NCBI GenBank assembly: GCA_030583725.1
Contig: CP129472.1
Span: 270,958-334,957 of the forward strand
Source of the DNA: a bacterium
Lineage (GTDB): Bacteria; Patescibacteriota; Microgenomatia; UBA8517
DNA: 64,000 nt
Direction of reading: 5' to 3'
Position 1 is the first letter of the stretch, and the number at the start of each line of letters is the position of its first letter. The translations under genes and the position numbers were made by a program. Under the pieces are notes generated by a model, which was given only the letters and a program-made list of their open reading frames with translations, ran no database searches and had not been told where the DNA came from. Shown here piece after piece: positions 46,804-57,017 of this stretch.

Positions 46804-47504
46804 AATTTTGAATACGATATTAGCCTACTATATATTTGGTAAATTCCATATACAACGCCCTCCCTACCATCAAGAAATGCTTTTTGTTTTACAAACCTTA
46901 ATATAAATTCCCGAAATCCAGCAGTAAAAAACCTGAGCATATTCATTTTTGGGTGATTATCATCAAACATAAGCTTAGCTTCAATCTCTGACCATTTATT
47001 TGTTTTTTCAATCATCTGAGAAACCGTCATATTCTTGTGGTGAACAATGCAATTTTTTAAATACCCTAATCTTCCTATATATTTTGGCTGTTCATGAAGA
47101 TCTCCTGCCCACTCAATTAAGTTTTCTTTTTTAAATAGTCTTATCTGATAATCTGGATATTGCCCACTGTGTTTAAACTCTTTGGAAAAAATAATATTTT
47201 GTCTAGGAATAGCATAACATTTAACTTTTTGAGTGTTTTCAATTAATTGTAGGATTTCCTTTTTTAATTCGTTTGTTACCTCTTCGTCACTATCTAAATA
47301 TAGTATCCATTCTCCTTTTGCTTTTCTTAATCCTTCATTTCTCCAGTCACTAAAACCTTTTTCTTTCCCCTCGATTAAAACTGTTTCACCACACCAAGAA
47401 ACTGATTTCTTTGCTTTTTCGAAAAGCATCTTGTCATAATTACCTCCATAGACAATAACGGCTGAAATATGAGGTTTTAATATATCTTTCTTGTTATGAT
47501 TCAT
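46776..47504 (-). CDS. Glycosyltransferase family 2 (WaaE/KdtX-like)
   Basis: 242 aa. ISAVIVYGGNYDKM ... LYLDSDEEV ... ENLIEWAGDLHE. Paralog of 26384 and 47501. Confidence 0.7.
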   Translation of the reverse strand: MNHNKKDILKPHISAVIVYGGNYDKMLFEKAKKSVSWCGETVLIEGKEKGFSDWRNEGLRKAKGEWILYLDSDEEVTNELKKEILQLIENTQKVKCYAIPRQNIIFSKEFKHSGQYPDYQIRLFKKENLIEWAGDLHEQPKYIGRLGYLKNCIVHHKNMTVSQMIEKTNKWSEIEAKLMFDDNHPKMNMLRFFTAGFREFILRFVKQKAFLDGREGVVYGIYQIYSRLISYSKLWEMQIAQK

Positions 47505-48403
47505 AACCTACGAAGTATTTTTAACCAAATTCTTCTAAATATATTCTTACTACTTCTAATTTTTGATTCATCCAGCCACCATTCGATTTCTTTAAATGAC
47601 TTAAAAAATTCCTTACCAACATCTCCAAGTGGAACTTTGACTTTCTTAAATTTCTGTTTTTGCCATAACTTAGAATATACAACTACTTCGGAAAACGCTT
47701 GCAATAGTGATAGTGCCAAACCATGTAAACCATCCCTATATCCAGATTCTGCAAAAAACCTTCTTAAAAACTCTGATAGGGGTTTTGAAATTAACATAGA
47801 CCAAACAAATTCAACATTTTTTCTGTTTAATTCCCTTGACTGAACTGTTGTATATCTATTCATTCGAGAAATATAGTCTTCGACTGAAGAATAAGCTTTG
47901 TGCTTAATTGCTAAGCCCTCCTTTGCAGTTAAGTCAAAACCCCTACCTGTTGTAACAGGAACAGAATGTATTAACTGATTCCAAGAAACGTGACCTTTCT
48001 TAAAAAACCTAATATTGTAGTCTGGCCACCAGCCTGTGTGTTTAATCCATTTGCCAAAGATAATATTTTTTCGGGGAACTCTGTAGTAATCTGCTTTTGG
48101 ATCCCTTAACTCTTTTTTGATAAAAGACTTTAACTCTTCAGTTAGCTCCTCGTCAGCATCTAGAATAACAATCCAATCGTATTTGGTCTTTGATATTGCA
48201 AAGTTTCTGGCAGGCTCAACAAAACTAATCCTTTTATGTTTAAAAACCCTAGCTCTATATTTTTTTGCAATTTCACGCGTTTGGTCAGATGACATCATAT
48301 CAACAACAACAATCTCATTTGCAAAACTTTTAAGAGAAGCCAAACACCTGCCTATTTTTTTCTGGTCATTTAAGGTATTAATTACAACTGATATTTTTGG
48401 CAT
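47501..48403 (-). CDS. Glycosyltransferase family 2 (WaaE/KdtX-like)
   Basis: 300 aa. ISVVINTLNDQKKI ... VVVDMMSSDQT ... VILDADEEL. Confidence 0.75.
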   Translation of the reverse strand: MPKISVVINTLNDQKKIGRCLASLKSFANEIVVVDMMSSDQTREIAKKYRARVFKHKRISFVEPARNFAISKTKYDWIVILDADEELTEELKSFIKKELRDPKADYYRVPRKNIIFGKWIKHTGWWPDYNIRFFKKGHVSWNQLIHSVPVTTGRGFDLTAKEGLAIKHKAYSSVEDYISRMNRYTTVQSRELNRKNVEFVWSMLISKPLSEFLRRFFAESGYRDGLHGLALSLLQAFSEVVVYSKLWQKQKFKKVKVPLGDVGKEFFKSFKEIEWWLDESKIRSSKNIFRRIWLKILRRL

Positions 48404-48422
48404 ATAGGCATATTATACCAGT

Positions 48423-50090
48423 TTAGCGTGAATAAATAACAACAATTTCGTTTTCATAGATTTTAGTCAAATTTAAGTCTGAAGGACCAATCTTCATCAG
48501 TTCCCCACTTAAGGGTGTCATTTCTTTGACCAAATATAAATATTTAATATTGTTGTCTTCAAGAAAACTTCTGGCAAATTCCAAATCTAAACTTGTAAAA
48601 AAATTAAATACATTATCTCTTCTCTCTTTCCACTCATAACCCATGATATTTAAGTTAACTTCGTCTTCTATGTAAACATTTTTATGAGCGTATGCAGACA
48701 CATAGGCGGTTGAGTCATATGTATAAAGCGGACGAGGTGGATTCTTGAGGGCCTCTATTGCTTTATATTTGTCATAGGGATATGTCAAAACTACAGCGTT
48801 GGACTGCTGTTTCAGAAATGATAATGCCTCTAGTTCTGACTTTGTAACCATAGATTGAGGTTTGGGTGGCAGATAATGTTGTAACGTAGCCCAGGAACCA
48901 AAAATAGAAAATGTAATAAATAGTGCTTTTATGACCAATCCAGATCTACTAATCACAATACCTGCAAAAAGAGAAAAGATAAATAAATAGTAGTAGAAAA
49001 ACTGAATAGTGTTCCATGGAGTACCAACCTGAACAAAGAACATAGGTATTAACAATCCCACTCCAGAAATAGTAACCAGTATTATTAAAGTACTATCAAT
49101 TTTTAATTTCTTTTGCAAGAAATACCAAAATCCGATAACCCTAAGGCCCATATTTCCAACAATGAAGATTAAAAAGGCAGTTGCGTAAGCCAGCGTGGCC
49201 TTCAACCAGATATTACCCATTTTGTATGTAGTCATGGCTGAATAAAACCTTTCCCAACCCACCCTATCAGAATAAATCATCATTGTTTCCAAGAACCAAA
49301 AGGGGTACCACGTAAATACAGATACACTATCATTCTTAACCATAAAAAATAATATTATGTTAATAAGTAGTGAGCCACAAAAAACCTTCATAATATGGAA
49401 TTTATGATTTATTACTAATGAATATGCTCCAGAAACAAACAAACCACCAAGAACTAAGATTGCAGCATATGCCTTTATTTGGATAAGTAGACCAAAAAAG
49501 ACCATAGAGAGTAAAATATGGTAATTTTTGCGTGTTTGTTCATACTTCTGAAGAAAGATTAAACCAAGTAGAATAAAAATCAAAGATAAAGCAAGGGGTG
49601 GATTAACTAGAGTAGATAGAGATTGTTGGGACCAAAACATTGATTCTCCAGTTATTTCTCCATTGCGTAAAAAGGTCAGCAAGAAACCTAAACCACTTCC
49701 AAAATATACAAAGGCAGTCGACCAAAAAGCCTCACTCTTAGATTTTCTCCAAAGAAAGATAAATTTATAGGTCAATAAACCAATTAAAAAAGCCATAATT
49801 GGGGGAATAATTTGAAAATAAAGAGTGTTAACCGGTACTTTTATTATTTGATTAACTAAGGCAAGTAATAAATCAAAACCAATATGGTAATTCTTAAGTG
49901 GCTCTCCGGAAAATACTGGGTTATTAAGACTACCGCGCGCGAGACTTTCTGAGAGAGCTATGTGCCATACACCATCATGTCCATTTGGACCCCAAAAACC
50001 GATACCATAGCCATACAGCCATCCACTTCTAATCATGGTCAAAGACCATAGACTGGTTCCGATAATAATAAGTATTATTTTTGACCCCAT
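48423..50090 (-). CDS. Polytopic membrane protein, second member of the GHDGxWHIAL family (paralog of 34355..36190)
   Basis: 555 aa. GFWGPNGHDGVWHIALSESLARGSLNNPVFSGEPLKNYH plus collinear downstream blocks. C-terminal soluble domain of about 150 aa. Confidence 0.6.
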   Translation of the reverse strand: MGSKIILIIIGTSLWSLTMIRSGWLYGYGIGFWGPNGHDGVWHIALSESLARGSLNNPVFSGEPLKNYHIGFDLLLALVNQIIKVPVNTLYFQIIPPIMAFLIGLLTYKFIFLWRKSKSEAFWSTAFVYFGSGLGFLLTFLRNGEITGESMFWSQQSLSTLVNPPLALSLIFILLGLIFLQKYEQTRKNYHILLSMVFFGLLIQIKAYAAILVLGGLFVSGAYSLVINHKFHIMKVFCGSLLINIILFFMVKNDSVSVFTWYPFWFLETMMIYSDRVGWERFYSAMTTYKMGNIWLKATLAYATAFLIFIVGNMGLRVIGFWYFLQKKLKIDSTLIILVTISGVGLLIPMFFVQVGTPWNTIQFFYYYLFIFSLFAGIVISRSGLVIKALFITFSIFGSWATLQHYLPPKPQSMVTKSELEALSFLKQQSNAVVLTYPYDKYKAIEALKNPPRPLYTYDSTAYVSAYAHKNVYIEDEVNLNIMGYEWKERRDNVFNFFTSLDLEFARSFLEDNNIKYLYLVKEMTPLSGELMKIGPSDLNLTKIYENEIVVIYSR

Positions 50091-50941
50091 GCTTCAATTT
50101 CACCTGTATATGCTCGAAATGAGTAATCTTGAATACCTAACTTTTTTGAAAGCGTGACCATCATCTCAAAAAAATATGGAGAATAATATTTCAACCTGCT
50201 GAAAACATACTCCAAGCTTAAAACGTGATAAGTCTTTCTGGTCTCAATATTTTTGAATCCCGCCATTTCTAAAGCTAATCTTAACGATCCTTGTGTAAAA
50301 TACATGATATGTTCACCAGGTTTATAGTGATACCACATGGATTTTAATAATTTGTGCCACAACCCTCCAATATCAGGAGTTACTAAAAATATGAGTCCAT
50401 CTTTTTTTAAATATTTATACGCAATTTTTAACTCCTTAATGGGGTTGCTCACATGTTCAATCACATCTTGGTAGGTAATAATATCAAAATTGTTCCTTGG
50501 GTAACCAGAGTCTTCTAGCACAGTGTTTTTTATGTTAGTAACTCCCCTTTTTTTAGCCTGACTCACTGCAAACTCTGATACTTCCACACCATACGAGTCT
50601 TTCCATCCCAGATGTGTTGCGACTTCAAGACAATCACCCAGCGCAGCGCCTACATCTAATAACCTTCCTTTAAATTTCAGCTTTTTTTCTATTTTCTTCA
50701 ATCTATCAATAAAAGTTCTTTTATTTATTCTCATCCCTTCAAAATAATTTGTATAACCACCTTTTGGATTATCGTTTTGAAAGTAGGATTTATCATATTG
50801 AAGCAAAACATCCACTTGGTGATTTGAGTCCCAAACAAACTCACATTCTTTACATCTCGACAACTTATAACCATGCATTGCCCAATATTTGGTATTTCTT
50901 TTACTTTTGCAGATCGGACATTTATTAGTTAGTTTTGCCAT
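50075..50941 (-). CDS. Class I SAM-dependent methyltransferase with N-terminal C4 zinc ribbon
   Basis: 288 aa. CPICKS...CKECEF ribbon, then LLDVGAALGDCL (motif I) ... DIITYQDVIEHVSNP ... KDGLIFLVTP. Confidence 0.8.
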   Translation of the reverse strand: MAKLTNKCPICKSKRNTKYWAMHGYKLSRCKECEFVWDSNHQVDVLLQYDKSYFQNDNPKGGYTNYFEGMRINKRTFIDRLKKIEKKLKFKGRLLDVGAALGDCLEVATHLGWKDSYGVEVSEFAVSQAKKRGVTNIKNTVLEDSGYPRNNFDIITYQDVIEHVSNPIKELKIAYKYLKKDGLIFLVTPDIGGLWHKLLKSMWYHYKPGEHIMYFTQGSLRLALEMAGFKNIETRKTYHVLSLEYVFSRLKYYSPYFFEMMVTLSKKLGIQDYSFRAYTGEIEAWGQK

Positions 50942-52658
50942 TTTGAATCCATCTATTACAAAACTCGTCGCTGGTCATCTTTTCTATATGATAGTCAGAA
51001 ATCAAATGGGACCGTCGATATACCGCCAACTCACTTTGATTACATAGTCTATCATTAAAAATCTTAAAAGTGACACCCGAATCACTCTGGTTTTGTAATA
51101 CCAAGTATTTTTCATTTTCAATAACACAATCTAGTTTGGAATCTAAGAATACTACTCCAACCCGCCCTAACTCACTACAATCATCAGTTATCAGAACTTT
51201 TCCAATTTCATACCTACTTTTTTCTTTGCTCAAGTTGTTCATCGAAATATCAAAATAATCGCGGTTATAAAATATCAATTCATTAAATATAGAATACGGT
51301 GAAGTTGTTAAGACAGTAATCTCTTGATCTTTAACCATATCAACATAACTTGATATTAATCTGCCTTCTACAAAATTATTTGAATGCTGCCTTATGGGAT
51401 ATCTAAAAAAGTAAAAGATTAGAAAAACCACAAATAATGCAAGATAGGTAAAAAGTATAGTAAGCAATCCCAGAGTAAAGTATTTTTTAGGCAAAACTAG
51501 AATGGATTCGTATATACCTAGTGCAATTAAAATAATAAAAGACGGTACTAATAAGAAGGATCTGTAAAAATATGAATCACCGTTCAAACTCAGGGCAGAT
51601 GGTACTGGCGCCAGTACGAAAAAAAGTGCCAACGGCCATACTACATAACCATATTTCCTTAAAGAGTATATTCCAACAACTATAAATAACAAATCAAGCA
51701 AATAGATTAATCCGTGATCTTCAAATGTATACAACCCTCTTAGATCTCCCTTCCAAAAAAGAATATCTGAGCTTATATAACCGATATAGTTTTCCGTGAA
51801 TTTCAATCCAGTAAATGTATATTTATTTATTATTATCTCTTTATATGGAAAATCTATAGAGTTTTTCCTGTACTCATTTACTTTAGACATCAAATGATCG
51901 GGGTTTAAAAATATAAGTTCCTTATGGCTTCTTTGGTTGAATGTGGTGTTCTGACCTCCGTAAAGTGGAATAAAATAGACAACTGTAGTCAAAACAAAAA
52001 TTACCAAATAAACAAGGTAGAGATACATATTTTTTCTTTTGTTATATACATAATGAAAAATAAGCAATATGGGAACAAGAATCAATAAAATAGGTTTTGA
52101 ACCAAAGTAAGAGTAAAAACCGGCGATGAAGAAAGGTAATGAGTAGAATATTTTTTTGTTTCTAAACTTGGTCAAGATATAGGAACCGAGCATTATCATT
52201 AGAAGTGCGAAAGGAGCTTCTGTCGGCAACCTAGAATAAGTAAACAGCCAAGGGTTGATAAGACCAACAAACAAGGTAATATAAAAAACTAATATATCCT
52301 TTTTTTGCGTTAACTCGTACAACCAAAAACTAATAAACAGGATTGTCAAAAGATTAATCAAAACGAATATCAACCTCGACTCAGTTAGATTACCATTAAT
52401 AACTTTATATATAGGCGATAAAATAAGTGAGGGAAAACCAGCTATGCCTGCTTTTGTATCATTTGAGAATATTGACTTATACCAAGCAGTCCCAGACGAA
52501 TCAACAGAATAGTTGGCAATGGTTTTGGAACTCAATGCAACTTCAAACTGATCTGCATCCATCCCAACTGGAAAACTATTAAGCCAGATAAATCTGATAC
52601 CAATTAAAAGTATTAGACTAATTCCGATTAAATATTTGTTTAAAGCTTTTTTTAGCAT
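50925..52658 (-). CDS. GT-C glycosyltransferase, ArnT-like (DADQ-loop subfamily) with a C-terminal soluble domain
   Basis: 577 aa. The first loop FPVGMDADQFEVALSSKTI carries an acidic DxD-type motif in the ArnT position, then about 11 helices and a C-terminal domain of about 170 aa. Confidence 0.6.
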   Translation of the reverse strand: MLKKALNKYLIGISLILLIGIRFIWLNSFPVGMDADQFEVALSSKTIANYSVDSSGTAWYKSIFSNDTKAGIAGFPSLILSPIYKVINGNLTESRLIFVLINLLTILFISFWLYELTQKKDILVFYITLFVGLINPWLFTYSRLPTEAPFALLMIMLGSYILTKFRNKKIFYSLPFFIAGFYSYFGSKPILLILVPILLIFHYVYNKRKNMYLYLVYLVIFVLTTVVYFIPLYGGQNTTFNQRSHKELIFLNPDHLMSKVNEYRKNSIDFPYKEIIINKYTFTGLKFTENYIGYISSDILFWKGDLRGLYTFEDHGLIYLLDLLFIVVGIYSLRKYGYVVWPLALFFVLAPVPSALSLNGDSYFYRSFLLVPSFIILIALGIYESILVLPKKYFTLGLLTILFTYLALFVVFLIFYFFRYPIRQHSNNFVEGRLISSYVDMVKDQEITVLTTSPYSIFNELIFYNRDYFDISMNNLSKEKSRYEIGKVLITDDCSELGRVGVVFLDSKLDCVIENEKYLVLQNQSDSGVTFKIFNDRLCNQSELAVYRRSHLISDYHIEKMTSDEFCNRWIQNGKTN

Positions 52659-54081
52659 CTTCTATTAAAGACAATCCCATCATTGCCGTCATTGATGAAA
52701 TATAAACCATCGCACCAATAAGCGTCAAAACAATCATTGAATTAACACTTACATCCAAGAAGTTTCTAGTAACTAGTAGTACTGCTCCCATTACAATAGT
52801 TCCTATTAGTGGTTTAATCATTGAGTTGGTTATGGAAAAATTTACTTTTTGTTTTGCAACATAAATTGCAACAACTGATGAAACCCCAACTAAGGAGTAT
52901 CCAATTGATACGCCAACTACCCCAAATTTTATAGCCAATGGTGGAATAAAGATCCAAGTAAGTACGGTCCACATAATCATTAGATAAAAAGTGTACTTAA
53001 TTTTACCAATAGCATTTAACAAGTTGGTTAGTTGAGTAGTAGCTGCAGCAAATGCAAAATTTATAGCTATGAAAACGATTGGTACCAATGCAGGAACCCA
53101 CTGCTCGTACCTAGGTACAACCCTAACCAATAAAGGTGCCAATATTACTATTCCCATTAAACTTGGGAAAACAAAAAGACAAATGAAAAATATTGACCTT
53201 GTAACACTTCTTTCTAAGTTATCTCTGTCATCTTGTAATCTAGAAAAGGCAGGGAACATAACTTTAGTAACTGTATCCATAAAGAAAGTTAGAGGCAACC
53301 TAGTTATCTTTTGAGCAAATGAAAGTACTCCAACCCCAGCAGGTCCAATGATACCCCCTAAGACAATTACTAGCCCGTCATCCTTTAACGTCGCCAAAAA
53401 AGTATTTACTTGATATGGAATTCCAAACTTAAAGAGACCTTTTAATGTATCCAGTGAAAATGCAATGCCAATTTTCCATGGTTGCAAATAATATAGTGTA
53501 ATTAATCCAACAAAGCCTCTAACAACAACTGCAACACTAAAACTAAACAAGCCATAACCCTTCATGGCCATTACCACCAAAATAACGTTATATACAATCT
53601 GCTCTAAAATTTGAGGAAAAACCAACTTGGTAAATTCCAACTTTCTTTCCAACAAAACAGATGGGATACTTTTAAAAGAAGATAAAATTAAAGAAAAACT
53701 TAAGGCATAAAGAAGAATTTTTCCATCATAGGTTAGTGAATACTTTTCAACAAAGTAAGGTGTTAGAAAAATAACAATACCTATTAGGGTGAACACCAAC
53801 ACTTGTTGCACAAAGAATGTGGTTCTCAAATCAACATCTGTAGGTTTATCTTTTTTTTGAATTAACGCCGCAGCCAGACCAATATCAGAAAAGTAAACCA
53901 AAAAATTAACAATTGCGGAAACTATTGCAAAAACACCAAACTCATACGTTCCAAGATATGCAAAAAGTAAAAACTGAGCCACTAAGGCAACTATTTGAAG
54001 TAAAAAGGTTCTGCCAGTTAAAACTACAATACCACGCACTGACTTTTGTTTAATTGTATCTATTCCAATTTCTTCCTCCAC
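52618..54081 (-). CDS. wzx: Wzx-type polysaccharide / oligosaccharide flippase (MOP superfamily, Polysacc_synt)
   Basis: 487 aa with about 12 to 14 helices and the two-repeat architecture typical of Wzx. The N-terminal region SVRGIVVLTGRTFLLQIVALVAQFLLFAYLGTYEFGVFAIV is typical of Wzx. Confidence 0.75.
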   Translation of the reverse strand: MEEEIGIDTIKQKSVRGIVVLTGRTFLLQIVALVAQFLLFAYLGTYEFGVFAIVSAIVNFLVYFSDIGLAAALIQKKDKPTDVDLRTTFFVQQVLVFTLIGIVIFLTPYFVEKYSLTYDGKILLYALSFSLILSSFKSIPSVLLERKLEFTKLVFPQILEQIVYNVILVVMAMKGYGLFSFSVAVVVRGFVGLITLYYLQPWKIGIAFSLDTLKGLFKFGIPYQVNTFLATLKDDGLVIVLGGIIGPAGVGVLSFAQKITRLPLTFFMDTVTKVMFPAFSRLQDDRDNLERSVTRSIFFICLFVFPSLMGIVILAPLLVRVVPRYEQWVPALVPIVFIAINFAFAAATTQLTNLLNAIGKIKYTFYLMIMWTVLTWIFIPPLAIKFGVVGVSIGYSLVGVSSVVAIYVAKQKVNFSITNSMIKPLIGTIVMGAVLLVTRNFLDVSVNSMIVLTLIGAMVYISSMTAMMGLSLIEDAKKSFKQIFNRN

Positions 54082-54094
54082 AGGTTAAATTGTA

Positions 54095-55618
54095 TCACTT
54101 TACAATCTCAAAAAAGAGAAGTTCTTCCTGAGGGCCATATTTTGCATACTGATCAGAATCTGTTAACCTTAGACCTTTTGGATATTTTGCAATAAATTTG
54201 TAGCCAAGTTCCTCATAATCTGCTCTAAACCTTGATTTGTTAACAACTAAATAAGTTTTGTTCCCCGCTTCAACTGCTTCTTTCAAACTTTTGGGGGTCT
54301 CAGTAATTATCACACCCACCCCAATGACAACAATGTTTGGATGATCATTAACATATATCTGCAAACCGTCAGGAAGAGTTCCGAAATATCCTTCTGTACC
54401 TACTATGATTTGCTGATTATCAATTAATGACGATTCATTTTTTAAATATTCTGAAATTTCTTTAATTCCCTGTCCAGCAGTCCATTCTTCAAGATAACCT
54501 GATCTCTCACCTCTGGACAGATTGGCTTTTTCAGGGTTTGTTAACAAATAAAAATTAAAGATTGAACTTTGCACAAGAAAAACAGTTATTAACCCGTAAC
54601 CGATATAACGTAACCACTTTTGATCAGTAACTACCACTAGCCCCGCAAGAATAAAAAGATATGGAATTGTAAAATAAATATATCTTGCGGTAAAAGCAAG
54701 TGCCAGCTCTGACTGAATAAAAATAGGAACAAGCAACCACCCCAAAAGTAAAATTGTTGTTTTGAAGTTCTGCTTGAATCCCAAATATGCACCAATTAAA
54801 ACAACAGGGATAATGGCGGACGGACCAAAACTTGAAAGCCAGACTGCAACATCTTTTAAATGTGGTATTAAGGGGTCAAAAAAGTTAATAAAGATATGAT
54901 TTAAAGGCCTGACATAATCCCCTGTGCGAGAACTTAACATGTCAAAGTTTGGTCCTAGTCTCTGGACGTTGTACATTGCAAATGCTATTACATAGGTTGC
55001 TCCTAGCTTCCAAATACCTCTAAGGCCAGTAAGCCACCAAAATGAAGGCAATAAAAGTCCAACAAAAATGGCTGGTGATTTTGTCAAAAATGCAAAACCC
55101 AACATAAAACCTGTCAACATTGCAAGGTCCCATCGTTTGTGTTTTGCTGTTAAGTATCCAAAAACAGCAGTCCAAATACCAAACATTGAGAGCATCGAAT
55201 CAACTAAAGCCATCCTGTCAAAAAAGACGGAAAAGGGTGAGACGGTATATAAAAGAGTAGCAACCACAGCAGTCTTTTTATTTTTAAACAACAAATAAGA
55301 TAAAGTAAAAACTCCTAAAATAGTGCCCATACCTGTACCAACTGATATAAGTCTTCCCACAAACAATGGATCACTAAAGTATTTAATTAAAAACATTAGA
55401 ACCCACATAAAAAGAGGTTGCTTACCATCAGACAATGGTAAAAAACGAAGAGTTGGTTCGATAGCCATAACCTGTGACCACCTAACATATATTGCTTCGT
55501 CTACAAAGACTGGAAGTATTGTTAAATTGTAAAGTCTAATACCAAGCCCAATACCAGAAATTACAAATAATATGAATATTGTCCATCCCCACTCTTTAAA
55601 TATTTTATTGAGGTTCAT
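54095..55618 (-). CDS. GT-C glycosyltransferase, ArnT (GT83)-like
   Basis: 507 aa. The first loop LPVFVDEAIYVRWSQ matches the ArnT DE(A/T)RYA motif. About 12 helices and a C-terminal soluble domain. Confidence 0.75.
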   Translation of the reverse strand: MNLNKIFKEWGWTIFILFVISGIGLGIRLYNLTILPVFVDEAIYVRWSQVMAIEPTLRFLPLSDGKQPLFMWVLMFLIKYFSDPLFVGRLISVGTGMGTILGVFTLSYLLFKNKKTAVVATLLYTVSPFSVFFDRMALVDSMLSMFGIWTAVFGYLTAKHKRWDLAMLTGFMLGFAFLTKSPAIFVGLLLPSFWWLTGLRGIWKLGATYVIAFAMYNVQRLGPNFDMLSSRTGDYVRPLNHIFINFFDPLIPHLKDVAVWLSSFGPSAIIPVVLIGAYLGFKQNFKTTILLLGWLLVPIFIQSELALAFTARYIYFTIPYLFILAGLVVVTDQKWLRYIGYGLITVFLVQSSIFNFYLLTNPEKANLSRGERSGYLEEWTAGQGIKEISEYLKNESSLIDNQQIIVGTEGYFGTLPDGLQIYVNDHPNIVVIGVGVIITETPKSLKEAVEAGNKTYLVVNKSRFRADYEELGYKFIAKYPKGLRLTDSDQYAKYGPQEELLFFEIVK

Positions 55619-55634
55619 CTTTAGAATAATAATA

Positions 55635-57011
55635 TCATATCCCCGACCATAATAGACCTATTCCATCGTATGAATGGGTACCAACTATACCTTCAAAGCC
55701 CTGAGGGATAGCTACAGAAAATATTCTCGTTTCACCTATTTTGGGTGGGACATCTGCTTTTATTTGATAGTAGTCGAATATGTATTCAAAACCAAACCTA
55801 TCACCTCTCTTAGAATTTATAGATATTCCATAACCTTCTGTACCTCCTATTTCAACTATCTTTTGAGCAATATTTTCTTTAGCCTTTAAGTTCCAAGAAA
55901 CGTATCTTGAATCAATTTGCTTAAAATTAAAATAAACAGAAATAATAATTATTAAAAAAACAATCATTTTGTAACTGATCAACCTCTTCAAAAATAGAGC
56001 AAGTAATAATATAAGGGAGGGAACAGACATTAATAGATAATACTCAGAAAATTTCCCCTGTTGTAGATAAAACAGAATAGCTGGCAATAAAGCTGTTGTT
56101 AGTAACAACAATGACAAATTTTTTAATTTTTTGTCTCTTAATAAACTGAAAGCATTGACCAAGACCAATGCGAATAAACCTTTTGTGAATATTGTATCTA
56201 AAAGATTAGTATTCTTTGGATAAATAAGAGATGTAGCACTAGAATTTAAAACATTAATTACCTTATTAAGGCTTATAAAATAATCAACACTATCACCTCT
56301 AAACACTTCAAAAAGCTTTTTTAAATTTATAAAATTGTGACTTAAATCAAAAACTAAGTTGGGTAAAAAGCCAACAAATAATATTGCCACAGTAGCAATA
56401 GATGTCATAACTTTTGGTTTTACGGGTCTTACAAGGAGAAAGTAAACAAGCAAAGAAACAAAACTTAGGATTACTCCAAAATGGGACTGAAACGCTAGAA
56501 CCAAACCAACAGCCAAAATCAAATATCCTACTTGTTTTTTAATAGAAATGTATCCACCAGCAAGAATCAACATCTGTGCTGTATAAAACAATGAAGGTGC
56601 CCAAGGTTGCTGATCCCAAAATATTAGTTTACTAGAAATTGCAGCTAGAAATAGAACTAAGTAGGCTACTTTTAAATCTATAAAATATTTAGTAAATAAA
56701 AATAATGTAATCAAAAATAGAAGACCCAAAACAGCTGACAAGTAGGCACCTGCAACTGGTGCACCACTAAATAAAAAACTAAAAAATGCCCAAAGGTAAA
56801 TAAAACCTGGACCTATTGAAAAACTGCCGATTGAAGTAACAGGGCCCAATAGAGGTAAATCACCTTTTAATAACTCGGTTGCCCTAGTAGCCAACCACTC
56901 TTGGTCTGCGTCAAAGTGAGTTCTCTGGTGAAGATTGTTAAACCTTAAAAATAAGGCCAATAGTAAAACTAAAACTACAAATATTTTTTTGAAATTTAAA
57001 TACCTTTTCAT
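55635..57011 (-). CDS. GT-C glycosyltransferase, ArnT-like, downstream partner of a DPM1-like GT2
   Basis: 458 aa. THFDADQEWLATRATELL ... LLGPVTSIGSFSIGPGFIYLW. Same subfamily as 57764 and 60288. Confidence 0.65.
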   Translation of the reverse strand: MKRYLNFKKIFVVLVLLLALFLRFNNLHQRTHFDADQEWLATRATELLKGDLPLLGPVTSIGSFSIGPGFIYLWAFFSFLFSGAPVAGAYLSAVLGLLFLITLFLFTKYFIDLKVAYLVLFLAAISSKLIFWDQQPWAPSLFYTAQMLILAGGYISIKKQVGYLILAVGLVLAFQSHFGVILSFVSLLVYFLLVRPVKPKVMTSIATVAILFVGFLPNLVFDLSHNFINLKKLFEVFRGDSVDYFISLNKVINVLNSSATSLIYPKNTNLLDTIFTKGLFALVLVNAFSLLRDKKLKNLSLLLLTTALLPAILFYLQQGKFSEYYLLMSVPSLILLLALFLKRLISYKMIVFLIIIISVYFNFKQIDSRYVSWNLKAKENIAQKIVEIGGTEGYGISINSKRGDRFGFEYIFDYYQIKADVPPKIGETRIFSVAIPQGFEGIVGTHSYDGIGLLWSGI

Positions 57012-57017
57012 TAATAT

